Shown here: positions 13,588-26,683 of the stretch, piece by piece | Layout of the letters: the number at the start of each line of letters is the position of its first letter | Numbering within the stretch: the stretch's first letter is position 1 | Assembly (NCBI RefSeq): GCF_006345805.1 | Contig: NC_042998.1 | Coordinates: forward strand, 5,332,001-5,396,000 | Reading direction: 5' to 3' | DNA length: 64,000 nt | Origin: Octopus sinensis | Lineage: Eukaryota | Position numbers and translations under genes: made by a program | Notes under the pieces: generated by a model | Databases searched by the model: none | Seen by the model: the letters and a program-made list of their open reading frames with translations, nothing else | What the model was told of the DNA's origin: nothing

Positions 13588-13922
13588 GGGAGCAATGGCG
13601 AAAAACGACCTATCTCCAAAATGCTTGAATGCCGAGGCATTCATACAATCCGTGTACATGTTTTGGAGTTCTTCGGTAGTATCTGAATAAGTCGTCATTC
13701 AAGCATGTTGGAGACAGGTATTGTATTAACGAAGGAAAAAAGCTGTTTTACGGCTTTAATCTAGAATTGAACTCATTTCGCAATCAACGTGAAGTCTTTT
13801 TAATGTTTTGTTCACTCGCTCGCCTACAATCGAAGTATATTTTTGGAGCTTTACGGTAGTATTTAAAGGCCTCGGCATTCAAGCATGTTGGAGATAGGTC
13901 GTTTTTTTTCGCCCTTGCTCCC
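13588..13922. mobile_element. MITE with ~55-bp terminal inverted repeats and TTAA target duplication (Kolobok-like)
   Basis: TTAA at 13584-13587, then gggagcaatggcgaaaaacgacctatctccaaaatgcttgaatgccgaggc. The inverse copy ends ...gcccttgctccc, followed by TTAA at 13923-13926. Termini are GG...CC, not the piggyBac CC...GG. Confidence 0.8.
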
Positions 13923-13980
13923 TTAATATGAAAATTATAATATATATGTATTTATTAATTTAACGTATAAATATATATAT

Positions 13981-14043
13981 ATTCATATTCGTTTTATGTA
14001 TTGTCCTCTCTGTGGTGTCCTGTCTGTCCTTGTTTGTCCCCCT
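13981..14043 (+). repeat. LINE-type 3' UTR fragment; an inverted, longer copy lies at 14866-14963
   Basis: attcatattcgttttatgtattgtcc(t/c)ctctgtggtgtcctgtctgtcc...gtttgtcccc occurs on + here and on - at 14866-14963. Confidence 0.65.
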
Positions 14044-14044
14044 C

Positions 14045-14283
14045 GTAAAAAGCACCATCCGTTCGTGGCCGTTGCCAGATTCGTCTGGCACCTGTGCCGG
14101 TGGCACGTAAAAAGCACCCACTACACTCACGGAGTGGTTGGCGTTAGGAAGGGCATCCAGCCGTAGAAACATTGCCAGATAAGACCGGAGCCTGGTGCAG
14201 CCTTCTGGCTTCCCAGACCCCAGTTGAACCATCCAACCCATGCTAGCATGGAAAACGGACGTTAAACGATGATGATGATGATG
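14045..14283 (+). mobile_element. RTE-type retroposon 3' end with (GAT)n tail
   Basis: gttggcgttaggaagggcatccagccgtagaaa...gcatggaaaacggacgttaaacgatgatgatgatg resembles RTE/RTE-SINE 3' ends (recalled, not searched). Confidence 0.6.
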
Positions 14284-14865
14284 ATATATATATATACATA
14301 TATATGCGTCTGCGCGCCCACGCATGTGTTTGTGTGTCTATGTATATGTGTGTGTGTGTGTGTGTGTTTAGGCACACATATACAAACGTACTCATTCACA
14401 TAAATGCACATGCACTTGAACACACACACAGAACACTGCATATAAATGTATCCTGTCTGTCCCTGAGTGCAGAATTATATGTGCTTGTTAATCGTACGCA
14501 GTGTAATGTTAAGAACTGGGGTGATATGTCGTATTTTCTAAACTGTGCAAGGTTTCACTTGTTGTTTTACATTGCTGCTGTTATTGTTGTTGTTACTATT
14601 GTTGCTGTTGTTTTGTCTAATTTCTGAGTCTGGATGAAGGCACAAAACTCAGGACCTTTGCAGACCCTCTAAAACTGGTAACACCGATATCATTGATGTT
14701 CTTTGTAGGTACATACCTACAGGAAACATAACGGGTCGATATTATGTCGATGAAGGATTGGGCAAAATGATAAGTAATGAAAAAGTGAGAGGTTGGATGC
14801 ATCAAGGATGCCGTGAGACGGAAAGAGGAGTGAGACAGTTTACCTGAGTGGTAGAGGCAGGAAAC

Positions 14866-14963
14866 TATGTTTCTTTATTAGCCACAAGGACCCAAAATAG
14901 CGGGGGACAAACAGGGACAGACAGGACACCACAGAGGGGACAATACATAAAACGAATATGAAT
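14866..14963 (-). repeat. LINE-type 3' end related to both the Tx1 tail and SINE family B tail A
   Basis: Minus strand reads tgtctgtccctgtttgtcccccgctattttgggtccttgtggctaataaagaaacata. Confidence 0.65.
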
Positions 14964-15329
14964 GAGATGATCATATAACAATGAGGTTATGAATGGCTGC
15001 ATGCGCCCCTCATCACATGCAGAACCATTAATCCTTTTTTTCAGTCCATTTTTATCTTGTATTTACTTAACAATTAATTATCATGTTACATACCATTGCA
15101 AGTATTTGAACCGGTATATACATTATCTACAATTGTTCTTCTATTTTTCGATATTTTTTTTAAAGAAACATAACATAAAACACCTGACTCTTTCTTTTTT
15201 TCTTTTTTCTTTTCTTTTTTTCCTGTCAATTAAACATACTTATTTTCTTTTTAGTAGTACTTCATCAATGGTTCAATTTCTATTAAATCCACTACTGGTG
15301 GCAATTCTTTGAATTCCACCCTTACTCCG

Positions 15330-16330
15330 GGTAGGTCAGTACTAGTGGCAGGAGACTAACCAGCTTCGAGGATCTGAGTCCGTTATAATTGAAGAAGTTA
15401 AAATGGAATGATCTGCAACATATTTATGAAGGAAGTAAAATGGAATTATCTGTGACATGTTTATGAAGGAGTGAAAATGTAATCTTCATAAACATGTCAC
15501 CGACCATTCCACTTTAAGTCCGTTCTATTAGCGATGGGAAAGACAAAGAGAGCGGATACAGCATGCCTGTGAGTCAGAGGCAGGAATGTATCCATTAGTG
15601 ATTGAGTGCTACTCAGTTGAGTAGCCATTCCCTGGCTAGGATCTCGAAAGTCATTTTGAGCAGTAACGGCATCATCCCAATTGTGAAAAAGGAAATTCTT
15701 CCAACCCTAAATAGCAGTGGTAGTATTGGTGCCTTGTTAGCTATAATAAGGATCTACTTTCACGAGAAGTTAACCCATCATTTTCAGCGACCCATAGACT
15801 TTTGCTGTTTGTCGTTCATGTTTAGAATGGCTGTAATGCGGTGGCGTTTTCATGATATGAGGAGCATTTGAGGGTGTTTATTTATTTATTTGTTGTTAAA
15901 AGAAACAAGGTTGGTATGGCTCTACTGGAGAATGTTCTGAAGGTCTCTCTCTACATTTCTGAAATTAATGCAGGTTTGGCGTGCAGTGTCTAGATTGCGT
16001 GTGGATGATGCATTGTTAGGGAATGTTAAGGCGAAATGATAGTTGTGCTATCTGCGTAAGATTACAGGTTGTTGATTGTGACGTGAAATACATCATTAAT
16101 ATATAAAAAGAAGAGAGTGAAGCGCAGAAACGAACGCTTGGGCACACCAAATTTGGAAGTGAAGTGGAAAGAGCTCTGTCAATACCTGCAGCTTTGGTGT
16201 GCAATCTGTTACCGATGTTGTATCGACGTTCGTGTTTCTTGTTTAGCCCCAGTTTATCTCTCAAAAGTTGGCTCCTGGTGAAATACGTTGTAGCAATGAG
16301 CAACCCATGTATTTACCAGACATATAATAT
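15330..16330 (-). mobile_element. Old CR1/L2/Jockey-group LINE RT fragment
   Basis: Minus strand KFGVPKRSFLRFTLFFLYINDVFHVTINNL*SYADSTT (GVPQGS.LGP.LF..YIND...YADD-like) near 16040-16160, then DLQNILQ*SHTNLVSFNNK and KAPILPLL. Heavily decayed. Confidence 0.6.
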
Positions 16331-16751
16331 CTTGGAATACATTATTTAATATAATGTCTTTTATATATCTAAACGGAGTAATGAGAATCGAAAGAGATTT
16401 GCTTTCTATTTGTTAATAGCTAAATCAAAGTATTATTGTCGCTGTTTGGCTACTGGCTTTGCAGTCAAAAGACATTGTATTGATGAGTTAGCCATATATA
16501 TATATTTCAGATTTGGTATATCTAGGATTACATTATGTAATCCTCCTCTAGTTTATTTTAAATGAAATGTGTGACTCGAGAGAAATGTTGAAGTTGTTTC
16601 TAACAGATAGAATCAGAGTTTATTGTTGTTTTAAGGCATGGTTTAGCCCACAAACTGTAGACCCGTAACTAAGATGTTACCAACATGACAAAAACCATGT
16701 ACTTTCAGACATAATACATCTAGAACATTTTTGCGTTTATTTCTAATTATT

Positions 16752-17040
16752 GTTAGATTCACTTCAACATTTAAATGTAATTTGTCAAAATATTTTCGTC
16801 GCTTTGAGACCGCGACCTGTTCACTGACAAAATTCCATGCTGCATCGGAATTTTGTCAGTGAACAGGTCGCGGTCTCAAAGCGACGAAAATATTTTGACA
16901 AATTAAATTTAACTGTTGAAGTGAGTCTAACGGATTTTGAGTGTTTCTTAAATGACTTATAAACACCTTCCACACCGCAATTGCTTTCGTTCCAGCACAC
17001 GATCTCAGATCAGGTCACTTGCTATGCAAGTACATCTCCG
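16752..17040. mobile_element. Fold-back (palindromic) MITE, left arm truncated
   Basis: 85-bp arms 16752-16836 and 16847-16931 with about 3 mismatches around a 10-nt spacer. The right arm runs on to ...gcaagtacatctccg followed by TA. A half copy lies at 21734-21911. Confidence 0.8.
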
Positions 17041-17792
17041 TAATTTAAATTTTTATCGTTATCTTATGCGGTTATTGTGAATTGAAGGAAATTTAATTAC
17101 TATTTCTTGTAGGTTAAGCAAAAGTTCTTTTATTGGTTATCTTATTCTTCTGCTTGTTACGGTGGTTACTTTGGTACAGGAGTAACCTATGAAATAGATG
17201 AGATGTTTTATCATCATGCTATTAGATGGTAGAGAATAACAAGAATCGTGTGAGCGTCGGGCAACAACACAATGCCTTGCGGTATTTGTTACTACACTTT
17301 ACGATCGTTCGGAGCTGATTTGTCGTTAACAACAATAACAACAACATCTACTCCAACATACCACCAACTCGATCATTGCTGCTGCAATCATTGCTGAGAT
17401 CAACTTTACCTTTTGTCTTTATGATGTCGGTAAAATAAAGTAGCAATGAATTACTGGTCTTGTGCAAAAATTATTTAGTTTTGGCGCATGTGGTTTTCGT
17501 TTTGGTCATAGTGGTGTTGGCCGTCATAAGGTTGATGCTCACGTTAGAGGCAGTGAATAATTTTTTCTGTTGCAGCTGTTTAACTCCGGCTCTATTGTGG
17601 ACGAGTAGATTTATAATCAAAGCTTTTCCAACCGTGACCATCCCGTTATTTTCTGTGACCATAGGATCAGATTACTCAATATGCGTTTTTCTATGACAAT
17701 GACGTGTGTTTTGGGGAAATTTTAACTACTTTTCCTACCAGTAAAAGTTACCAAATGGTAAGGTAATTTATACGAACAGTACTTAGTAAGAC

Positions 17793-18049
17793 GTGGAGGC
17801 ACAATGACCCAGTGGTTAGAGCAGTGGACTCGTGGTCGTAGGATCTCAGTTTCGATTCCCAGACCGGGCATTGTGAGTGTTTATTGGGCGAAAACAACCT
17901 AAAGATCCACGAATCTCCGACAGGGGGTGGTGAACCCTGCTGTACTCTTTCACCACAGCTTTCTCTCACTCTTTCTTCCTGTTTCTGTTGTACCTGTATT
18001 TGAATGGGCCAGCCTTGTCAAACTCTGTATCACGCTGAATCTCCCCGAG
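17793..18049 (+). mobile_element. tRNA SINE family C, 3' truncated
   Basis: gtggaggcacaatgacccagtggttag (A box) and gtttcgattccc (B box). Same family as 30736-31071 and 54463-54843. Confidence 0.85.
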
Positions 18050-18642
18050 GTGGTGGTCATCGTCGTAGTACGTTGCTAGTAATGGTGATTGAAATGGTTG
18101 CAGTAACAGTGATCGAGATAACGTTACGTTAGAGCAGATTCTGTTGTTGTTATTGTTGTTAACATCAAATCAACTCCGAACTATCAGACATACGATCAAA
18201 GGTACTCCACCCATGAGCAATGCCATCGTTTTCCTTAACTTGCATTTTTTACAGGCAGCAAGGCATATTTGAAGGAGATTTGCCTGCCACTTCTAGCAAG
18301 TCGAACTACTACAAAGAACTCCCCAGTTGTGATGGAGGAAGCATTAATGGTAGGTAGTAATTACGGAGGTGGTGGTAGTCGCTGTTACTTCATCGAGTAA
18401 ACTCTAAGGTTAAAGATATTCCAGCAAGAGCCAAGCCATCTTATGGCGATGTATTCTGTACTTCCAAATAAGCTAGGATTTGGTCTGAGGAAGATTTTGG
18501 CAACTATTTCTAACAGCTTACATGTTAGTTGAGGGTAATGATAATACAAAGATAATACAGTAAAATTACCATTACCTCACAATACAGTGATTTGTTAAAA
18601 AGTTAATTTGGATGTGATGGTGGAGATGGCAGCGGCAGCAGC

Positions 18643-18678
<36 letters not shown>

Positions 18679-20452
18679 GGTGGTGGTTGTGGTAGTGGTG
18701 GTAGTAGTAGTAGTGATGGAGTCTAGTGGTAGTATCATCATTGGTCGAACCTGGAGTGAGGTAATGATGATAACCTCATCGTGGTGGTGGTGGTGGTTTT
18801 GACGATGGTTCTTGTTGTTGCCCTCCTCATCATAGCTTAGATATAAATGGATGTGGGTGGTGGCAGAAGTGTTGGTGGTAGTGGTGTTGATGATGGTAGT
18901 GATAATGGTGTTCGTTGTCGCCGCCTTCGTAGCTGAGAAGTAGGTGGTGGAGGTGGTGGTGGTAGTGGTGCTGCTGCTGCTGACAGTGTTGGTGGTGGTG
19001 GCGGCGGTGACACTTGTTTAGATATAATCGGTGGTGGTGGTGGCGGTGGTGGTGGTGGTGGTTCTGCTGATGTTTGAAATGCCTGTATGTGAAGAGGGCA
19101 TTGCTGGAAGGAGGTGGGGGAACAGTTGTCCGTCCGTCGTAGTGGAGACATCAGTTAATGTGACAACAACAAAAAAACAGTGTCCATCTTGTACAGATTG
19201 TCAGTACACACTTTAATCTTCCACGTGACATTCAACATGCAATGAAACCCTGCAAATTCTTTATATCCATTACCATTAACTTCTCTCCTTTTCTTTCTCT
19301 TCTCTTCTGTCTAAGATCCAACAAGCGTTTGTTTTGTTTAGTGAATTTATTTTCGTTGCCATTGTCGGTTCGCTTTGTGTTTCTCTGTAAGCCATTATTT
19401 TATTCTTCTTCAATTCATTTGCTTTATTCAGTTTTAGTTTTTAAATTTTTATATATTGATGTTTCTTTCTTATTTTCTGTTTCGTTTTGTTTTTGCTTTT
19501 TTTCTTGGTGTTTCGTTTGTTATTCTTCCCTAACATAATTCGAAAATTTCTAACATTTGAAAAACAAAGCTAAACTGAACAGCAAAAAAAAACTAATTAT
19601 ATTTGATAGGCCTAAGCGGGGAAACGGTCGGAAGCACGCTGCAGCCAAGCATAGAAGCTCAAGAGGGCAATAAAAACAGTCTATAGTTTAAAGAAGCCCT
19701 ACTTCAGTTATTGACAAAGCTAAATGCAGTCTAGCCAGTAAAAATTGTTCTGAAGATCTCGGGTAAAATGATTGTTTAAAGAATTCTAATCAAAGGAAAA
19801 TCTTTGAGAATCACTATTTCAACATTTTGAAATACCTTGACGCAAACACTCTTAGTTTTTGAATAATTTCAATGGAGATGATTATTATTTGTATTTGTTT
19901 ATTTGTTTATGTCAGAAGAGAGAAGCTTAAACATTTAAAACTACACAACTTATACAAATGTATATAAAAGCACGTTTGCACACATATGCATTCATAAATA
20001 CTGAAATAATGATGATCATACAGAAAATATATTCTAATTGCAGAGACGTACGTGCTTGGCTAATGGCTTGATCTAATCCAGTGTGTGTAACAGGAAGTAG
20101 TTACATCGAAGTGGTTTATACCATCCTAAGTTATAATTATACTATGAAGATACATTGGGCCCTACGCGTCCACATGCACCAATGCTAATCTCTGTATACT
20201 GTCTTAGTGTAATATAGGAGGTCCCAGTGTGTTACTTTTCTCCGTGGAGAGAGTTATAATGCCATTAAGACGTACCTTGTAAAATGTGTTATTTTAGCCC
20301 CTTATAACACATACAGCCTCCTATTTCGATCGATGGTGTTGACAATTATTAAAATGAATCCAACATTAGCTGTCAAATTTGCATTTCTATGTATAATTAT
20401 GTATATATTAAAGACCATAATCTAAGCTGTGACGCTCACTTAGATTACTGAA

Positions 20453-20680
20453 CGTGGTCTGATCAATAAGTATTTGGGCTGTTGCTATAGGAACGAAGCT
20501 AAAGCATGCAAAGTGAAGCTGCATGGCACAGATTCACCTTTAACTCTGCTCTGCATGTCCACTATGTTTAACGTGTGATATCTCATTGGCCATGACAGAG
20601 AAAGTTAAGCGGAGAATCTGCATCAAATTTTGCCAAAAGCTTGGTGATATCTGCTCAAAGGCCTGTACAAAGTTTTAAAA
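20453..20680 (+). mobile_element. Mariner-type element 5' end and transposase N-terminus
   Basis: TIR-like gtggtctgatcaataagt, then RRICIKFCQKLGDICS resembling mariner QR..IKFC.KLG. Confidence 0.55.
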
Positions 20681-20775
20681 AAGTTTTCCTCGTTCTCGAC
20701 ACAATCAAGATCTTGTTCAACCGAAACCCGAATGTCTTTTTCGTCAGCTGAAAGTTTGGTTCGAAATTTTCCCAA

Positions 20776-20821
20776 GACACCTGATGAAGGCTGGAGGGTA
20801 TATCAGCCGAAGCATTGTGTT
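20776..20821 (+). ncRNA. Degenerate minimal type I hammerhead motif (second family)
   Basis: GACAC-CTGATGA-A-GGCTG(gagggtatat)CAGCC-GAAG-CATT-GTGTT. Stems I and II pair. GAAA is mutated to GAAG, and the presumed CGT reads CAT. Confidence 0.6.
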
Positions 20822-21733
20822 AACAACACACAAGATGAGGACAAATATCCGTCAAATGTAAATAATGTACATAATTCCTCATCTCTTAAATATAGAACAA
20901 ATAAAAACCTTTCTTTACAATTTTATGTTAATCTATTTTCGAAACATATTTTGATAATTAATTGAAACAAAGGGATTCTATTTCAACGGAAATATAACAA
21001 TTGAGCTAAATAGTTATCAAGATATTTCCGCCTTCCAAGACCAGTTTTATGACTTCTTCAAGTTCTTATAAATGTAGTATATTACATTATATGTCAAGAT
21101 GTTACCGACATTGTAGTGAATACCACAGAGCAAGGGTTAAGAGAATAGTGATTTGGTGTCGATTGTGCTCTAACACTACTAATGTTTATTTAGAAGGATG
21201 TAAACAGCACAGGATTTTGATTCTCACTCCCAAACATGTGTAACCTCTGATGTTAATTAGTACAATATATGCTTTTACTTCTCTGTAGGATATAAGTGTA
21301 AGCATCAGATGTATAATCGAGCAAACCTCGAATTTCAACTTAATTGATTTTGTATCATATGAACAGAGAATATGAAAAATGAGATGCTGTGTTTCTATTC
21401 AATATTAAAACTAGCGCGCTTCTTAATTCCACTATTATTTGAGAGAACAATAAGAAGTTGAAAGACTCCCTCGAAATACAAACATAAAACAACAACAAAA
21501 AAGCTGAAACAAAAGTAGGAGTAAAAACCTATTCCACAAGAAGAAAAGAACTGCAAGCGATAGACTCTTAACGAAGTAGGATCCCCTAACGGAACACCGC
21601 AAACAACAACTAGAAAAGAAATAACGACAGTGTTAATCGACTCCTATTTCTTACAAAAGTTTCGTCAATAGAACTTATCAAATCATGACGCTAATATCTG
21701 GATGCCTGTTTCAATAAATACAATATGTCAATA

Positions 21734-21911
21734 CGGAGATGTACTTGCATAGCAAGTGACCTGAACGAAAACAATTGCAGCGTGGAAGGTGTTTATAAGC
21801 CATTTAAGAAACACACAAAAACCGTTAGATTCACTTCAACATTTAAATTTAATTTGTCAAAATATTTTCGTCGCTTTGAGACTGCGACCTGTTCACTGAC
21901 AAAACTCCGTG
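21734..21911 (+). mobile_element. Half copy of the fold-back MITE at 16752-17040
   Basis: TA followed by cggagatgtacttgcatagcaagtgacctga...tcactgacaaaactcc is the reverse complement of the right arm at 16847-17040, with a small deletion. Confidence 0.8.
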
Positions 21912-22290
21912 TTGTTTCAGTTATTTGACAACGGTCATACCGGAGCATCGCCTTAAAGGGTTTCTGTCAAAGAAATCGAACCCAGGACTTATTCTTTGTA
22001 AGCCTAGTACTTATTTTATCGGTCATATTTGTCAAATAGGTAAGTTACAGGAACGTAAACACAATAACATCGGTTGGCAAGCAATGGTGGCGGAGAAGCG
22101 CAGACACAACGACGAACACACACAAACGCATACATACACACACGACGAGTTGCTTTCAGTTTTTGTCTACCAAACCCACTCACAAGGCTTTGGTTGGCCC
22201 GAGGCTATAGTGGAAGACACTTGTCCAAGGTGCCATGCAGTGGGACTGAACTCAGGACTATGTGGTTGGAGGCAAGCTTCTTATCACACA
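21912..22290 (-). mobile_element. SINE family A
   Basis: Reverse complement of the 40877-41379 pattern. Confidence 0.8.
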
Positions 22291-22402
22291 CACATATACA
22301 TACATACATACATACATACACGCACATACACACACACACAAATATATATGACCGCAAGCCACTAAAGCTTTTTTTATTCTCTCTGTTTATTTTCTCGTGT
22401 CC

Positions 22403-22438
22403 TTTTCTGTTGAAGAGCGTAGGCTCGAAACATAAAAG
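22403..22438 (+). ncRNA. Degenerate minimal hammerhead motif related to the 3386 family
   Basis: TTTT-CTGTTGA-A-GAGC(GTAG)GCTC-GAAA-CATA-AAAG: A6 changed to U, presumed GTA reads ATA, stem II intact with a different loop. Confidence 0.55.
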
Positions 22439-22589
22439 ACCGTCTCACCTTCCCGAGCGTTAAGCTAATACACTTGTGTCTTGTATAGATTTATACAAGA
22501 AATTTTAATACAAAATGCAGTACTATCATTTTTTACTCCCAATGTATTCTACTAATTTTTCACCATGTGCGATCATGAGATGAAATAAT

Positions 22590-22791
22590 CTTTTTCTACA
22601 AGGCTTGAAATTTGAGCGGGGTGGGATAGTCGATTACATCGACCCCAGTACTCAACTGGTATTTAATTTATCGACCCTGAAGGGATGAACGATAAAGTCG
22701 ACCTCGGCGAAATTTGAACTCAGAACGTGAAGACAGACGAAATACTGCGAAGCATTTCACCAGGCGTGCTAACGATTCTATCAGCTCGCCA
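22590..22791 (-). mobile_element. SINE family B copy
   Basis: Head, B box and central domain as in 43172. Confidence 0.8.
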
Positions 22792-24697
22792 CTTAATCGT
22801 AAGATTAAATAATATTGCTTTCATAGAATAATATTAGTTAATCCTGGTTACTGCTTTAAACTGTTCCTAATGTCTGACTTTACAGTTTGGAAACCTCTGG
22901 TATTGAAAACAAAATGCTGTTACTTATTAATTGACAAAATCCCCCAGTATGTTCGAAACTGGTAACACCTGCATTTACGTGGGCTGCAGAGTAAATTACC
23001 TTAACACAACCTAGAGTCCTGGATTTGGTAGCACTTATCGACTAGTACACTATGCTAATGATCTCGTAACGTACCAACGGATAGTGTATAACTATGAAGA
23101 AGCAGGCGAGCTCAAAGTCAACGGCTAATAATAGGATAGAAGTTGGAAGTAAATCCCTCAAACCGAGAAAGGGTTTACTGAGGTAAAGCTAATTGGTGAA
23201 AATGTCAAACTAGGGAAGCGTTCGGTTGGAGCCACACTTCTTTCGCAGTATTGTTTGCTCAGTTGTTTGATGAACCTCCAAGGAATTTATAAGAGAAATT
23301 TTAATTTCTGGAGCAATCCTAGTATTTCTGGCTTTTGGTATTGTATTGTAAAGTGACTGCTAATTGACTTAGAATCATATAAGATCAGAGTTCGAAACAA
23401 TTTTCTATAGAATAATGTTGATTTATACGAGAAATTTTAAAGTATTAAGATTACAACTTTAGTGCATAGATGGAAATCATTGTCTTACAGTCTAGCTAGC
23501 AGTTTAGATGTGACAATAATGGTTACATTGTAACCATTATTGTCAATTCTCCGACAGACTTGAGAGATATATCAGATATTAGTAAATGGACACCGAGTAG
23601 CGTGACAACGTAAATGAATGACTATAGTAAAATACCAATGGACGCCAGCTGCATGAAAAGTAAATGGTAAAGAGAGCGTTAACATACTTAATAAAAAGAG
23701 CCGAAAATATTTACTTATCTAAATTACAATCATAATGAGGAGATAAAATCATTATCTTATTAATAAAGTAGAGAGAACAGTGCAGTGACAAATCTGGACA
23801 TGTTTTGGTATTATTAGACCTCCTCACTGAAGCTAAGTCTAACGCACCAAACGTCTCAGATTATTCTCCTGATTGCTTTAAGTTTATACGCTTCTCAGTG
23901 TTCATTAATTGAATTCCTAATAATTTCTCTAGACTTTCAAAGATCTGGGTGTAGATGACTATACTTCCTTGAGATCTTGTAAGACCTCACACGCCTGAAG
24001 CTATACTCATACTTCTCCAAGACAAACGGTCAATCCTTACTTATCTCGTCTTTTTCATTAATTTTAACTCATTTAAATTCAAATGTTGTCTCTCAAGTCT
24101 TCCATCTCCAGAATAACATGCATTTAGAAAAATTTAATTTTTAATTAGCATTTACTGGATGACTAAATTAAGAACTTTGGCGCACAATTTACTGCTTTGG
24201 GCATTTTCTCTAGAGTCATTGGTATATAAGAACTGAAAAAGCCTTACGCTCTGTCACTAGAGCTGCAAGAGATAGCCAGCAAGTCTCCCTAAAACCACAA
24301 CCTACCGTCTAAAAAATGGGATATCTTGGATAATGATACTGTATGTATATTATTTCTAAAATGAAAACAGAATAGAGTAAACATCTTTAATCAAAGATCT
24401 GGAATGATCTGACACCAACCAACTGCAGCAACAATACACCATTTCGTACACACAGAGACTTTGTAATATCTTTGTAATATTCTTTTATTCTTTTACTGGT
24501 TTCAAGTCTCTGTTATGAATTTTAATCATATCTTATTACGCAAAATATTCTTATATACACACGCTGACATAGAACCAGCATTGAACCCCTTATTCGCAAA
24601 ATTACCGAATCTGGAACTCAACTATGGTCTGTCTATAGCACTTATTCAGTATTACCTGACACCTTTGGGTCTTAATTATCTCTTATATATCTATATC

Positions 24698-24736
<39 letters not shown>

Positions 24737-24807
24737 GTGTGTGTGGGTGTGTGTGTGTGTGTGTGTGTATGTATGCATATATAAATCATATAATATTGTA
24801 TGTATGT

Positions 24808-24842
<35 letters not shown>

Positions 24843-25489
24843 TACATTATTATACACTCATACATAAATATATCTTGGCATTTGAGCGCTGGCAACTCGT
24901 TAGATGAGTATGACCATCCCTAGCAGGTATAGTCACCAATGCTCGTGCAAGTGCTTGCACAACACCACGACAACTCTCACGAGCAATACCAAGGAGCCTA
25001 GAGACAAGCAGAGTGCAAAGTATCCGGCTCAGTGGAACAGTGAGTTTCATATACGAGTTAGCATTCTCCGAGAGAAATAACTAAGAGGAATGACTAGGAG
25101 TCCCTCACTGCGAGAGGTATTATTGCACCTTTGAACTCCAACTGGAGCATTTCTAACGCCCCGGCACTCATGTGCTAGTTAACCCATTGCTGGAACCCTA
25201 AGAGATGCTACTATTCCGGATCAGAGTTGATTAGAGTAGTTCTGGGAACGTCTGGAAAGAATAGTGGCTAAGATGCGGTTCCACACTTCTCGAAACGCTA
25301 GAACCTGTAAACCAGAGTCCCACTACTGGATGCAGTTTAAAATCATACTCATACATGCATATATATGGGGGGGTGTAATCATATAGAGTGCAAGCCCTAT
25401 TTGAGAACAAACCTATTAAGGACTATAAGTAGCCAAGTCTTTGATTAAACATTTCCACTTTTTACCATCCCAACTTTGAATCTAACGCA

Positions 25490-26454
25490 AACGATGTCTT
25501 AGTCGCCAACAGCAGTGATTCCAAAATTGCAGCCTTCTTGAATATCTTCGGGTCCTTCGCATTTAAGATCAGAAAAGAGATCGGAGTCTCTAGTGGAAAC
25601 GTGTCTTCCGTGGCCAACAGATTAAAAAAAAAAACATTCTTGACCGTCCGCGTGTGTTATAACAGTCGAATTTATACAGCACGTTTAGGGTACAATCAAT
25701 GAAAACCCTAGCAAGTCAATGCTAGTCATCTCCAAGTGTCAGAGTCAAAGAATAGTCATGTAATGCACGAAGGCATTAGGTACAAATGCTATGTTATTAG
25801 AAGTGGGTGGTTCATGTCTGGTAACACCCGGGAGAATCGTGCGATCCGGTCGAAGCAAGGAGCCCGATATGCTATGGTCTTCCGAGGAAGAGGACTTTGT
25901 TCAAGATCAAAATGTCAACAGGCGGAATGATACATGGCTCTAAACAAATCCCATTTAAGTCCCCTCTGTTATGCACACCAAGTTTCCATCGTCTGTAATG
26001 ATCTAGGGGCTGTGCGAGAACAATGTAGACCACTACATGCCACCTCACGTTTTCCCGCATAGTCTAAGGGTCAATCCTACATCAAGACATTGGAAAAGGC
26101 TGCCAATCCTGGGTCTGAGGGAGCTGCTCGAGTGAGGCTATATATGTACGAAGAGACTCTGCTCCTTCTCACAAAACCTGTACGACCTAGAAGATGCCCG
26201 AGAATCTTCATGATCATGTTCTCTCTAGCATTTGGCCTCCTAGCTCTCCTCATTTAAATCCAAAGGACCACCACGCCCGGGGCGTCTTTGAGAGCGAGAC
26301 GATCAAGAATGCCCACAGTACCAAGAACTCGTCTATGTCTGCTATTGAGGACGATATGAATAAAGATCACCTGATAAACGCATTTAGACATTTCAGAATT
26401 CATATTGAAACTGATTGCGGTTTTATTGGATTGCATCTTAGTGTCTGTATATAA
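25490..26454 (+). mobile_element. Near full-length decayed Tc1/mariner transposase (DD37D/maT-like)
   Basis: Successive pieces SDSKIAAFLNI..., NENPSKSM, HEGIRYKCYVIR, LWSSEEEDFVQDQNVNRRND (WFFSDEKNF-like), MHTKFPSSVMI, MPPHVFP, RDSAPSHK (QDSAP), IWPPSSPHLNPKD (WPPSSPDLNPLD). Many stops and frameshifts; the D-D spacing was not counted. Confidence 0.85.
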
Positions 26455-26639
26455 AAAAATGAGTACCACATGTTATCAATATATATTGCTTCTTATTTCA
26501 AATTAATATTTTTTATTATCTTTCCTTAAACTAAAATTTTGTTGTGTGTGTGTATGTGCATGTGTGTGTACACACACATATATCTATATCTATATGTATA
26601 TATATATATCCTTGTTGGATTTACTTGTTGCTTATTTTG

Positions 26640-26682
<43 letters not shown>

Positions 26683-26683
<1 letters not shown>

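Noticed and set aside
18040-19216. Poly-Pro, poly-Val or poly-His protein exon
   Set aside because: Mixed (GGT)/(GTA)/(GCT) triplet tracts give homopolymers in every frame with scattered stops. No domain or convincing splice sites were found. RNA-seq would be needed to exclude it fully.
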